From contig CAYSJW010000018.1 of NCBI GenBank assembly GCA_964431555.1, positions 1-49,488 of the forward strand: 49,488 nt of DNA, in the 5' to 3' direction. Shown here one piece after another: positions 29,297 through 38,793 of the stretch. The DNA comes from an uncultured Gammaproteobacteria bacterium. GTDB taxonomy: Bacteria > Patescibacteriota > Microgenomatia > UBA8517. Numbering within the stretch: the stretch's first letter is position 1; the number at the start of each line of letters is the position of its first letter. The notes under the pieces were generated by a model. That model did not search any database. It saw only the letters and a list, made by a program, of their open reading frames with translations, and was not told the DNA's origin. A program made the translations under genes and the position numbers.

Positions 29297-30989
29297 ACTA
29301 AGGAGTTTTTTTAAAAGAGAGTGGATATTATTGATTTTATTTTTTATTCCATCTATCTATTATTTGGTACTGCCAGGTTTTTATGAACCGCACGATCTTC
29401 ATCATTTTGCTGATATTTATCAAATGTACAAGGCATTTGAATCAGGGCAATTGCCACCAAGATTGGGGCCGGATTTTAGTTGGGAATATGGCTATCCACT
29501 TTTTAATTATTATTATGTGCTACCTTTTTATATCGGTGCCTTTTGGTTTTGGATTACGGGAAGTTTAATTTCTTCCTTTAAATTTGTTTTTATAATCACG
29601 CTAGTACTTTCGTTTTTAGGGATGTTTCTTTTATTAAGAAAGTTCTTTGAAATAAATGCTTCTTTTGCTGGTGCTTTTCTTTTTGTTTATACCCCTTACA
29701 GAGCAGTTCAAATTTATGTAAGAGGTGCTATGGGTGAAGCTTTGGCATTGGCGTTTTTACCTTTTGTATTTTGGGCAATTAAGCGATTGATTGAAAAACC
29801 TGAATCAGAAAATATCGTGATTTTATCGCTAATTTTAGCGTTATTCATCTTATCTCATAATTATATCTGGCTTTTGTCATTGGTTTTTATTGGATCTTTT
29901 GCGTTGTTGGAATTATTCCGGATAAAGAATAAGATAAAAAGTCTAGTATCTTTGGTGAAATCATTTTTTCTAGGTGTTGGCCTTAGTTTCTATTGGTGGT
30001 TTCCTGCAATCAGCGAAAAGCATATTTTTCCATCAAGAACGCATTTTTTATTGGAAGACCACTTTCCTTTTTTTAAACAGTTGATAATTCCTTCCTGGGG
30101 TTATGGGGCATCGGTTTGGGGTTCGGGAGATAGTCTTTCTTTCCAAATAGGATTTGTAAATTTGGCCGTATTTATAATATCTTTACTATTTCTCGTTGTG
30201 AATCGAAGGTTATTAAAAGAAAAGTCTATAAGAAATTTAATTACGATAGCAATTTTGGGCTTTTTATTGGCTTTGTTTTTTATGAATATACGATCACTGC
30301 CTTTTTGGAAATTACTTCCGATATATCAGATGGTTCAGTTTCCCTGGAGACTCTTATTCTTAACAACCTTTTTTACTGGTATTTTAGGAGCGTTTGTGGC
30401 TGAAAGCTTACCTGGAAAGACTAACCTTTGGAGTGCCTTTTTGATTATTTTTTTATCTTTGGGATTGACCTTTTCTTACTTTAAGCCGAGTAAAATAACT
30501 TATAAAAAAGATGATCAGTATTTGAAAACCTTTTTCGCTAGAGAAGAAATAAGCGGAAAAAGTGGAAGTGTTTCAGAAGAATATAAAAATTACAGTGAAG
30601 ATTATTTACTAATGCCTGATTGGGTGGTAAAGAGACCAAACAGTTTACCATCTTTTAAAATCGAAACGGAGGCTGATATTATAAGATTAACTAAAACTTC
30701 GAGTGTGGATTGGAGGGTTATTGTCCAAAGCGAAAAGCCTACTCAGGTGATTTTTAATTCACACTATTTTCCTGGTTGGTATGCAAAAGTAGATGGTATA
30801 GAAAAGAGTATTAAAGTTATGGAGCCTTACGGTCAGATTGCGGTTGATATCAATTCGGGAGTGCATGAGGTAAGATTTTTTTGGAAGGAAACTCCCTTGA
30901 GAAAGTTTGCTGATTTTATGTCTATACTTTCTTTTTTTGTGGTATTGTTAATAACATTGAGGAAAAAGTTTAATTTGGATTTGTTTTGA
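29286..30989 (+). CDS. Polytopic membrane protein, PTPS_related-type, tandem paralog 3 of 3 (divergent loop-1 motif)
   Basis: PGFYEPHDLHHFADIY...ESGQLPPRLGPDFSWEYGYPLFNYY, YTPYRAVQIYVRGAMGE, VQFPWRLLFLTTFF and HYFPGWYAKVDG. The start is ATG 29286 or 29274; both overlap the previous gene. Confidence 0.6.
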   Translation: MKNKLRSFFKREWILLILFFIPSIYYLVLPGFYEPHDLHHFADIYQMYKAFESGQLPPRLGPDFSWEYGYPLFNYYYVLPFYIGAFWFWITGSLISSFKFVFIITLVLSFLGMFLLLRKFFEINASFAGAFLFVYTPYRAVQIYVRGAMGEALALAFLPFVFWAIKRLIEKPESENIVILSLILALFILSHNYIWLLSLVFIGSFALLELFRIKNKIKSLVSLVKSFFLGVGLSFYWWFPAISEKHIFPSRTHFLLEDHFPFFKQLIIPSWGYGASVWGSGDSLSFQIGFVNLAVFIISLLFLVVNRRLLKEKSIRNLITIAILGFLLALFFMNIRSLPFWKLLPIYQMVQFPWRLLFLTTFFTGILGAFVAESLPGKTNLWSAFLIIFLSLGLTFSYFKPSKITYKKDDQYLKTFFAREEISGKSGSVSEEYKNYSEDYLLMPDWVVKRPNSLPSFKIETEADIIRLTKTSSVDWRVIVQSEKPTQVIFNSHYFPGWYAKVDGIEKSIKVMEPYGQIAVDINSGVHEVRFFWKETPLRKFADFMSILSFFVVLLITLRKKFNLDLF

Positions 30990-32631
30990 CTATTTTAAAT
31001 GCGATTATTCCGTTGGGATAATATATTTCCTTTACCAATTTTAAATTGTGTTCCTGAATTTGCCCATCGGATATTGCGAGCCTATCTCCTATCAGATATT
31101 GTTGTTTAATTGTGTCGTATTCCCAGTTTATCGGCCTGATTTTAATGTTTCCCAAATTCCAATTATCACGTCGCGTCATTTTAGTATAGTATTCAGAGGG
31201 TGATACTTCAAAATTATCATTTTGGAATCTCCTGGGATCGTATTTTAGGAAGAATAATAATTCAATATAAGGACCGTGTCTGGCGGTATCTACAATAATG
31301 GGTATATTTGGTTCAAGATTTTTAATGGTTTGAGCTACCTCCTCCCAACCATAATCCCATTCATTTGCACGGTGATATTCATTTAAAATAATTATAGAAC
31401 TATATAGTTTTCCGAAGGAATGGATTATTGAAAGAAATAAAAAAATTAAAAATGCTATTTTTGAAAGTTTTTTTCTTAGTCTTTCCCAAAAGCTTATAAG
31501 ACCCAAGCCTATTATAATTAAAAGCGGAATTACCATTTGCAGGGATCTTATTGAAGAATATGGATCATGAGTAACTGCTGCAGGCAAAGGAGATATTAAA
31601 AGCATTGCAAGCGTAAAATATCTTAATTCCTTAAGATTTTTATCTTTAATTATTTTATAAAGGCCCAAAAGATAAAAGGGTAATTGCCAGATAAAGAATG
31701 TTGAAAGTTCGGGAAATGAACTCCTCGGACCGTAATCGCCTAAAAGAAACATATTTCTTGGAGAAAAGTAGGAAATATAAAGAGATACAAATTCTTTGGA
31801 AATTAGAAAGATTTTATTATTCGCTATTGGTTTGATAGAATCGGGTAGTTGATTTAAAGTGCCACTGGGGGTGTGTTTATCTGCGGAAAAGATGTTTAAA
31901 CCTCGTGCCCTTGCTAAAAATCCCGGTGTTGTGGCAACAGACAAGGTAGGTATAGATATTAAAAGGGCAATTACTCCCCCTAAAATTAAGGGTTTTAAGT
32001 ATCGATTTGATAAAAGATTTTTTTTATGTCTTATAAAAAGAATCAAAACCATTAAAGGAGTAACCAACCTTTGAGCGTGATAAGAAGGTATGGCAATAGC
32101 AAGTAAAATAGCAGAAATTATCAGGTTTTTGGGTTTGCTTAAACCTTTATGGAAAAAGTAAATTCCGGAAATAAGAAAAAATAAAGCTACATTGCACTCA
32201 AAGTTGGTTCTGCCAAAGAGAATGTGCCATGGGGAGATTGCAAGGAGAAATATTGTTAAAAGAGGGATAGATTCTTTATATTTTTTTGGGGTAATTTTTT
32301 TAAGTAGAAGATATAAAAAGGGTAGTGTTAGTATACTAAATAAAAATGAGGGAAATCTAACCGTAAATTTAGTTAATCCGAATATTGGTATCAGAGGGAC
32401 TATTAAATAGATATAAACAGGAGTTTTAAAGTCAGTAAAGGACCTGAATACTATCGGGAAAGCCTTTCCGAATTCATCCTTTCCTGTTTTTAGGATAGAA
32501 TAGGCACTATAACCTTGTCCCGCTTCATCTAAATATAAGCCTTTTGGAGCTTCACCAAGTTTATAAAATCTTGTGATTATGGCAAGGATTATCGATGAAA
32601 CCAGAATTGTTAATTTTAATTTTTTACTCAT
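30970..32631 (-). CDS. GT39/PMT_2-like polytopic membrane glycosyltransferase, paralog family 3
   Basis: RFYKLGEAPKGLYLDEAGQGYSAYSILKTGKDEFGKAFPIVFRSFTDFKTPVYIYLIVP and ISPWHILFGR. The 3' end overlaps the convergent gene by 20 nt. Confidence 0.7.
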   Translation of the reverse strand: MSKKLKLTILVSSIILAIITRFYKLGEAPKGLYLDEAGQGYSAYSILKTGKDEFGKAFPIVFRSFTDFKTPVYIYLIVPLIPIFGLTKFTVRFPSFLFSILTLPFLYLLLKKITPKKYKESIPLLTIFLLAISPWHILFGRTNFECNVALFFLISGIYFFHKGLSKPKNLIISAILLAIAIPSYHAQRLVTPLMVLILFIRHKKNLLSNRYLKPLILGGVIALLISIPTLSVATTPGFLARARGLNIFSADKHTPSGTLNQLPDSIKPIANNKIFLISKEFVSLYISYFSPRNMFLLGDYGPRSSFPELSTFFIWQLPFYLLGLYKIIKDKNLKELRYFTLAMLLISPLPAAVTHDPYSSIRSLQMVIPLLIIIGLGLISFWERLRKKLSKIAFLIFLFLSIIHSFGKLYSSIIILNEYHRANEWDYGWEEVAQTIKNLEPNIPIIVDTARHGPYIELLFFLKYDPRRFQNDNFEVSPSEYYTKMTRRDNWNLGNIKIRPINWEYDTIKQQYLIGDRLAISDGQIQEHNLKLVKEIYYPNGIIAFKIVKTNPN

Positions 32632-33455
32632 TTATATACAAAGAAAATCCGGCTTAATTCTATAATGCTATTTAATAAGAAAAGTAAGTAAAAAAGATAA
32701 GTTGAAAGTTTATTTTTGTTAAGTGACAATTTTTTCCATCCATTTAAGTAAAAGTAAGCCAGAGGAAGCCAGAGGATAAAGTCGCTTTCATCAAATATTT
32801 CAATGAAGGTTAGACTTAATATTCCGGAGACTAAAATTAGTATGAAAAATCTTTTGTGTTTCACCATTTTTATTCCAATAAAACTTAAGAAAAATGGAAT
32901 TATTGCTAAAAATGGATATTTAATTAAGTTTTTATTTACCAAAATTCCCTCTCTCGGGTGAAAACTAAAAAAATAATTACCCGGGTCAATTAATGCGAGA
33001 AGGTTTCCTATCATCTTGTCGCTTATGATTTTTGCTTTGTTTTGATAAATACGGGCAAAAAGTGGGTTAGGATAAAGGTTAATTTCTCTTAAGATCTTTT
33101 GTTTTGATTCATATTCTAATTTAAAGATGGATTGGGAAATGAATTGTTTTCTAACTATAAAGAGAATAAGTAAGCTTATGAAAATAAATATGGCCTTGAA
33201 TTTTAAAGAGTGATTTTTATGAGTGAAGATAAGTAAGGCTGCACATATAACCGGAAAAAGAGCTAATTTAGAATCAACTAAAGGTATTAAAATTATCGGA
33301 AGAGGGTAAAATTTACTTTTTTTCTTGTAAAGAAAAAAAGAGGCTAAAATTAAAAGAGCTGGTGAAAAATATACCCAAAGCTTGTTTGTTTGATTTGTTA
33401 AATACAAACCTAGTGGCCAAAATACCAAGCCTAAAAATATAATTATTTTTTTCAT
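32628..33455 (-). CDS. Polytopic membrane protein, possibly a truncated (C-terminal-half) relative of the family 3 GT39-like proteins
   Basis: 275 aa and about 8 hydrophobic segments. Its stop TGA overlaps the ATG of 30970..32631 (ATGA on the minus strand). It has no acidic loop-1 motif. The central segment QNKAKIISDKMIGNLLALIDPGNYFFSFHPREG resembles NNK......Y.S...lF..G segments of 30970c, 44748 and 47813. Confidence 0.35.
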   Translation of the reverse strand: MKKIIIFLGLVFWPLGLYLTNQTNKLWVYFSPALLILASFFLYKKKSKFYPLPIILIPLVDSKLALFPVICAALLIFTHKNHSLKFKAIFIFISLLILFIVRKQFISQSIFKLEYESKQKILREINLYPNPLFARIYQNKAKIISDKMIGNLLALIDPGNYFFSFHPREGILVNKNLIKYPFLAIIPFFLSFIGIKMVKHKRFFILILVSGILSLTFIEIFDESDFILWLPLAYFYLNGWKKLSLNKNKLSTYLFYLLFLLNSIIELSRIFFVYK

Positions 33456-33694
33456 TTCCCTAAAAAATTTTAACCTATAAAATGCCTTATTACTATTTTT
33501 ATTTTTGTGGATATTTTGAATAATGGTTAAGATTTAATTTTGAGTAAGTGATTAAACCAATCAGGACGATAAATCTAAATAAGTTTCAATTAATTATATT
33601 TGCTCTTTCTTTATAAAATCTATTTGGTTGGGATATAGGGATAGTAGTTTATTCTTTCTCTATTGGTGTTAAAATTTGAGTAATTAGTTTAATA

Positions 33695-35179
33695 ATGAGT
33701 TTTTCATCTGATATTGGTCCAAATATTGAAGTAAGTCTTGAGACTGTTAAAAGTAAAGCTATAAAGGGGGTTGTTGCTTTGACTGGACGGGCTTTGGTAT
33801 TGAGAGTTATATCTTTTATAGCACAAGGTTTATTGTGGGCTTTTTTGGAACCAGAGCATTTTGGAGCTTTTCTTTTGGTTTCTGCCACGGTTAATTTTTT
33901 GTCATACTTTGCTGATATTGGGTTGGGAGCAGCGCTGATACAAAAAAAAGAGAGGCCAAATGAGATTGATTTGAGAACAGTTTTTACTGTCCAAGAAGTC
34001 TTGGTTATTTTAATTTCAATTATACTTTTACTTTTTTCTCCGGTTTTGGTTAAAACCCATTCTCTTTCAAAGGAGGGAGTTTATCTTCTTTATGCTTTAG
34101 TCGGAGCATTCTTTCTTGCTTCCCTGAAAAATATCCCATCGATAATTTTAGAGAGAAAGTTGGAATTTGGAAAATTTATCATCCCCCAAATTGTGGAAGA
34201 TCTAGTTTACAATGTTTTGGTTGTGTATCTTGCCTGGAGAGGTTATGGATTATCAAGTTTTACTTGGTCTGTTCTGGCAAGAGGAGTCGTGGGGGTTGTT
34301 GCCATTTATATTTTGCAGCCATGGAAACCGGGAGTGGCTTTGTCGATAAAATCATTGAAGAGTTTGCTGGGTTTTGGTATACCTTATCAACTAAATAATT
34401 TTTTGGCCACGGTTAAAGACGACGGTTTAACTATAGTAATGGGAGGAATATTAGGACAGGCGGGATTGGGTATTTTGGGAGTAGCTCAAAGAGCCTCACA
34501 ATATCCGCTACGTTTTTTTATGGACACGGTAACCAAGGTTACTTTTCCAGCTTTTTCGAGGATGCAGGATGATCAAAATCAACTTGCACAAAGCCTTTCT
34601 AGGTCTGTTTTTTTTATTTGTTCTTTGGTTTTTCCCAGTTTGGTTGGATTGTTTGTTCTTTTTCCCTCGATAATAAAAGTTATACCGAAATACCAAAAAT
34701 GGGAGCCTGCCTATTTGCCCTTACTCTTTTTTAGTGCAAATGCGGCAATTGCTTCTTTCACCACTCAATTCACAAATACTTTAAATGCTATTGGCAAAAT
34801 TAAACTTACTTTTAAACTCATGGTTATGTGGACTTTACTTTCTTGGCTTTTTATTCCTTCTATGGGAATTAGATTTGGTTTTGTTGGTGCGTCGTTTGGT
34901 CACTTTCTGGTTAGCTCTTCTTCTATTGTGGCTTACTTTTACCTAATTAAGTTTGTTAAGCCGGATATTTTATATTCATTAGGTAAGCCTTTTCTAGCCT
35001 CATTATTTATGGGTCTCTTTTTGTATCTTATGCAAAGTTTTTTTGAAAATATGAATTTATTTAGACTTTTTTTAATGGTGTTTTCAGGAATTATTGTTTA
35101 CGGAATTGGCCTTTATTTATTAACGGGTAAAGTTTTAATTGAAGATGTCAAAAAAACTTTTCAAAATGTATTTAAATAA
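33695..35179 (+). CDS. wzx: Wzx/RfbX-type oligosaccharide flippase (MOP superfamily, Polysacc_synt)
   Basis: 494 aa and about 14 TM helices. N-terminal KGVVALTGRALVLRVISFIAQGLLWAFLEPEHFGAFLLVSATVNFLSYFADIGLGAALIQKK. Mid-protein FPAFSRMQDD. Confidence 0.75.
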   Translation: MSFSSDIGPNIEVSLETVKSKAIKGVVALTGRALVLRVISFIAQGLLWAFLEPEHFGAFLLVSATVNFLSYFADIGLGAALIQKKERPNEIDLRTVFTVQEVLVILISIILLLFSPVLVKTHSLSKEGVYLLYALVGAFFLASLKNIPSIILERKLEFGKFIIPQIVEDLVYNVLVVYLAWRGYGLSSFTWSVLARGVVGVVAIYILQPWKPGVALSIKSLKSLLGFGIPYQLNNFLATVKDDGLTIVMGGILGQAGLGILGVAQRASQYPLRFFMDTVTKVTFPAFSRMQDDQNQLAQSLSRSVFFICSLVFPSLVGLFVLFPSIIKVIPKYQKWEPAYLPLLFFSANAAIASFTTQFTNTLNAIGKIKLTFKLMVMWTLLSWLFIPSMGIRFGFVGASFGHFLVSSSSIVAYFYLIKFVKPDILYSLGKPFLASLFMGLFLYLMQSFFENMNLFRLFLMVFSGIIVYGIGLYLLTGKVLIEDVKKTFQNVFK

Positions 35180-36878
35180 TAAGCAAATATTTTGGTTGAT
35201 ATTTGTAGGATCTTTGCTTTGGTCTTTAACAATGGTTAAGAGTGGTATTATTTATTCATATGGTATGGGTTTTTGGGGACCGAATGGACATGATGGTGTT
35301 TGGCACATAGCTTTGGCAGAAAGCATTTCCAGGAATAGTTGGGAGATCCCCATATTTGCAGGAGAGGTTATAAAAAATTATCATCTTGGTTTTGATTTGA
35401 TATTGTCTTGGCTTCATAAAGTTACCTTTATACCGATAGTTGTTTTGTATTTTCAAATACTGCCTCCGATATTAGCTTTTTTTATAGGTTTTTATTCTTA
35501 CAAATTTATAAATTATTGGACGAAAGACAAAAATAAGGCTTTTTGGGGAACGTTTTTTGTTTATTTCGGTGGAAGCTGGGGTTGGTTGGTAAATCTTTTG
35601 AGGGGTGAAAAACCTCTGGGGGAAAGTATGTTTTGGTCGCAGCAATCAATTTCCACTCTTTTAAATCCACCTTATGCTCTTTCTTTATTGCTGATTTTTT
35701 CTGGTTTGTATTATCTTTTGGTAGGTTTAGATAAAAAAGATAAGAATAAACTTGTTTTAGCTACTTTTCTTTTTGGAATTTTAGTTCAGATAAAGGTTTA
35801 TGCCGGTATATTGATGTTGATTTCTCTATTTGTGGCGAGCGTTTGGAATATCTTTAAAAGAGAGGGGTTTCAGATTTTTAAAATATTTAGCGGTTCTTTA
35901 ATAATATCTCTTTTAGTTTTTTCCCCTTTGACTAAAAATTTGGATAAGAGTTTAATTTATAAACCCTTCTGGTTTTTGGAAACGATGATGGTTTTTTCTG
36001 ACCGACTGAGATGGGCAAAATATGGTGAGGCGATGGTGAATTACAAATTTTCAGGATTGTGGTTCAAAGCTTTTTTGGCTTATTTTTTGGCATTTTTAAT
36101 TTTTTTAATAGGCAATTTGGGAACAAGAATTATTGCTCTTGGTTGGCTTTGGAAGAAAAGGAAAATTTTTTACAGTTTTCAGTTTATCGATGTGCTAGTT
36201 GTAAGTGTAATATTTACGGGAATTTTGATACCTACTTTATTTATTCAAAGCGGAACCTCTTGGAATACAATCCAATTCTTATATTATTCGTTAACTTTTG
36301 TGGGAATTTTAGCAGGAATATATTTCGGCGGTTTAATTAAAAAATTTGAGTCAAATGCTTCGATGATTCGAATCATCAAAGTGGGTTTAGTGTTTTTGAC
36401 AATACCGACAAATTTGGGAACGCTTTATTATCATTATTTACCTAAAAGACCTCCGGCAATGATATCTAAAGAAGAATTAGCTGCTTTAAAATACCTTTCG
36501 GGTGAACCTTATGGAATAGTTCTGACACAGCCTTTTGATAAAGACAAAGCCAATGCGGCTATTCAAAATCCCCCAAGGCCGCTTTATCTTTATGAATCAA
36601 CAGCTTATGTTTCCGCCTTTTCTGGCAAACCTACTTATTTGGAAGATCAGGTGAATCTTGAAATAACTGGTTACGATTGGGTTTCAAGAAGAAGGGTTAT
36701 AGAAAATTATTTTTTCGCTAAGATGTCAGAAGATAGTTTGGAATTTTTGCTTGATAATGAAATTAGCTATATATATGTTGTTAAAAATTTTGGTAGGTTT
36801 GGTTTTGAAAAAGATGAAAGGTTAAATAAGATATTTGAAAACGATGAAATTGAGATTTATCGAGTAAAAAAGCATTAA
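35145..36878 (+). CDS. Large polytopic membrane protein with C-terminal soluble domain; GT-C-like transferase / polymerase / ligase candidate
   Basis: About 577 aa, overlapping the wzx 3' end. The first loop reads GFWGPNGHDGVWHIALAESISRNSWEIP. It has at least 12 hydrophobic helices and a ~140 aa soluble tail (YLSGEPYGIVLTQPFDKD...). I did not recognise a confident family match. Confidence 0.4.
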   Translation: MSKKLFKMYLNNKQIFWLIFVGSLLWSLTMVKSGIIYSYGMGFWGPNGHDGVWHIALAESISRNSWEIPIFAGEVIKNYHLGFDLILSWLHKVTFIPIVVLYFQILPPILAFFIGFYSYKFINYWTKDKNKAFWGTFFVYFGGSWGWLVNLLRGEKPLGESMFWSQQSISTLLNPPYALSLLLIFSGLYYLLVGLDKKDKNKLVLATFLFGILVQIKVYAGILMLISLFVASVWNIFKREGFQIFKIFSGSLIISLLVFSPLTKNLDKSLIYKPFWFLETMMVFSDRLRWAKYGEAMVNYKFSGLWFKAFLAYFLAFLIFLIGNLGTRIIALGWLWKKRKIFYSFQFIDVLVVSVIFTGILIPTLFIQSGTSWNTIQFLYYSLTFVGILAGIYFGGLIKKFESNASMIRIIKVGLVFLTIPTNLGTLYYHYLPKRPPAMISKEELAALKYLSGEPYGIVLTQPFDKDKANAAIQNPPRPLYLYESTAYVSAFSGKPTYLEDQVNLEITGYDWVSRRRVIENYFFAKMSEDSLEFLLDNEISYIYVVKNFGRFGFEKDERLNKIFENDEIEIYRVKKH

Positions 36879-36897
36879 AAAATGATAAAATTAGTTT

Positions 36898-37800
36898 GTG
36901 ATGAAAGCATCGGTTGTTATTAATGTTACCGATAGGGAAGTAGATGATTTGCCTCGAGTTTTGAATTCGGTTAGGGATTTTGCTTCTGAAATTGTTATTG
37001 TTGATATGACTTCGGGTGACGCTCTTTTTGAAATGGCAAGAAAATATCGTGCCAAATGTTATAAGCATGAGCTAGTTCCTTATGTTGAGATTGTTAGGAA
37101 TTTTGGCATTTCCAAAGCACAAAATGAATGGATTTTAATAGTGGATCCTGATGAGATAATCTCATCCGATTTGAGTTTAAAACTTAAAGAAGTGATGTAT
37201 AAAAATGAGGCTGATTATTTTCGCTTACCTCGTAAAAATATAATTTTTGGAAAATGGATTAAACACTCACGTTGGTGGCCTGATTATAATATTCGTTTTT
37301 TTAAAAAAGGTAGTGTTTATTGGAATGAAGTGATTCATTCTATTCCTTTGACAAAGGGTAAAGGAATTGATTTGGATGCTATCGAAAATAACGCAATAAT
37401 TCATTATCACTATCAGACGATAGAGCAATATATTGAGAGAATGAATCGTTATACCACAGCCCAGGCTAACGGGTTGATAAAGAACGGGCAAAAGTTTAAT
37501 TGGTTTGATTTGATAGTGAAACCTTCCAATGAATTTCTAGGCCGCTATTTTCAGGGAGAGGGATATAAGGATAGTTTGCACGGGCTTGTTTTAGCTGGAC
37601 TTCAAGCCTTTTCCGAGTTTGTAGTTTATCTTAAGGTATGGCAAAAGACGAGATTTAAGGGCAACGATTTAGAGGTTAAAAATGTTATTTCGGTAATGAA
37701 AAAGGTAGAATCAGATTTTCACTATTGGCAGGCAGATACTCTTCTTAAACAAAATGGAAGTTTTTATCAAAGATTGAAAAGAAGATTTAAGCTTCCTTGA
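36898..37800 (+). CDS. GT2 family glycosyltransferase (WWPDY type), paralog of 38794..39567
   Basis: VVINVTDRE, IVDMTSGD, LIVDPDE and SRWWPDYNIRFFKKG. The start is GTG 36898 or ATG 36901. Confidence 0.75.
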   Translation: MMKASVVINVTDREVDDLPRVLNSVRDFASEIVIVDMTSGDALFEMARKYRAKCYKHELVPYVEIVRNFGISKAQNEWILIVDPDEIISSDLSLKLKEVMYKNEADYFRLPRKNIIFGKWIKHSRWWPDYNIRFFKKGSVYWNEVIHSIPLTKGKGIDLDAIENNAIIHYHYQTIEQYIERMNRYTTAQANGLIKNGQKFNWFDLIVKPSNEFLGRYFQGEGYKDSLHGLVLAGLQAFSEFVVYLKVWQKTRFKGNDLEVKNVISVMKKVESDFHYWQADTLLKQNGSFYQRLKRRFKLP

Positions 37801-37810
37801 TATTTTATCT

Positions 37811-38740
37811 ATGTTTATCTCAATAGTTATAGTTAATTGGAACAGAAAAAAAGATACACTGGATTGTTTAAAAAGCTTGTTGAAGATAAGAAGAGATTTT
37901 AAGGTAGAAATTATCATTGTTGATAACGCTTCCAATGATGATTCAGTAGAACAAATAAGAAAATTTCTAAATGGTAGAAATTTTAAAACCTCTGGTTTTA
38001 GTTATAAGCTGATAATAAATGAAAATAATTTAGGATTTAGTGGTGGAAACAATGTTGGTATTAAACATGCCCTAAATCATCAAGCTGACTACGTTTTACT
38101 TTTGAATAACGATACATATGTCGATAAAGATTTTTTGACAAATTTAGTTAAGGTTTTTCAAAGATATCCTAAAGCCGGGATTTTATCACCTAAGATATAT
38201 TTTGCTCCAGGATATGAATTTAAAAAGGATTTGTATAAAATAAGTGATTTTGGAAGTGTGATTTGGTATGCTGGAGGGGATTTAGATTGGGATAACGTTT
38301 ACGGAGTTAACCACGGTGTTGACATTGTAGATAGTGGGCAATTTGGAATTATTCAGGATACTGATTTTGCAACAGGAGCTTGTATGTTAATTAAGCGTGA
38401 AGTTTTTGAAAGGGTTGGTTTTTTAGATGAAAAATATTTTATGTATTTTGAAGATGCTGATTTAAGTTTGCGGGTAAGAAGAAGGGGTTGGAGAGTCCTT
38501 TTTGTTCCTCAGTCCCGGATTTGGCATAAAGTTTCCCAAAGTTCAGGAATCGGAGGGGCTTTGAACGATTACTTTATAACAAGAAATAGACTTCTTTTTG
38601 GGATGAGATATGCAGGATTTAAAACTCGCTTGGCTTTATTTAGGGAAAGTTTAAGGTTGTTAATTAGTGGGAGAGAATGGCAAAAAAGGGGTGTAGTAGA
38701 TTTTTATTTTAGAAAGTTTGGCAAAGGTTCTTGGAAATAA
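37811..38740 (+). CDS. GT2 family glycosyltransferase (WbbL/rhamnosyltransferase-like)
   Basis: ISIVIVNWNRKKDTLDCLKSL, VDNASNDDS, GFSGGNNVG, LLNNDT and GACMLIKREVFERVGFLDEKYFMYFEDADLSLR. Confidence 0.85.
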   Translation: MFISIVIVNWNRKKDTLDCLKSLLKIRRDFKVEIIIVDNASNDDSVEQIRKFLNGRNFKTSGFSYKLIINENNLGFSGGNNVGIKHALNHQADYVLLLNNDTYVDKDFLTNLVKVFQRYPKAGILSPKIYFAPGYEFKKDLYKISDFGSVIWYAGGDLDWDNVYGVNHGVDIVDSGQFGIIQDTDFATGACMLIKREVFERVGFLDEKYFMYFEDADLSLRVRRRGWRVLFVPQSRIWHKVSQSSGIGGALNDYFITRNRLLFGMRYAGFKTRLALFRESLRLLISGREWQKRGVVDFYFRKFGKGSWK

Positions 38741-38793
38741 TTAAATTTAAATAGATTAAATGAAAAATAATTTAATATGAAGTTTATTTTTTT

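Noticed and set aside
33649-33888. A 79-aa minus-strand ORF spanning the wzx start region.
   Set aside because: It overlaps the well-supported wzx N-terminus, has no recognisable motif, and is probably a chance open frame.
36494-36508. Short matches to the palindromic element core: cctttcgggtgaacc at 36494-36508, ctttcgggtcg near 22611-22621 and ccttcgggggaacc near 46476-46489.
   Set aside because: Only 10-11 nt are shared and none has the flanking ggtttgaac / aacccgtcgggtt modules. They fall on L-S-G / P-S-G-E-P codons and are best explained by chance or protein motif.
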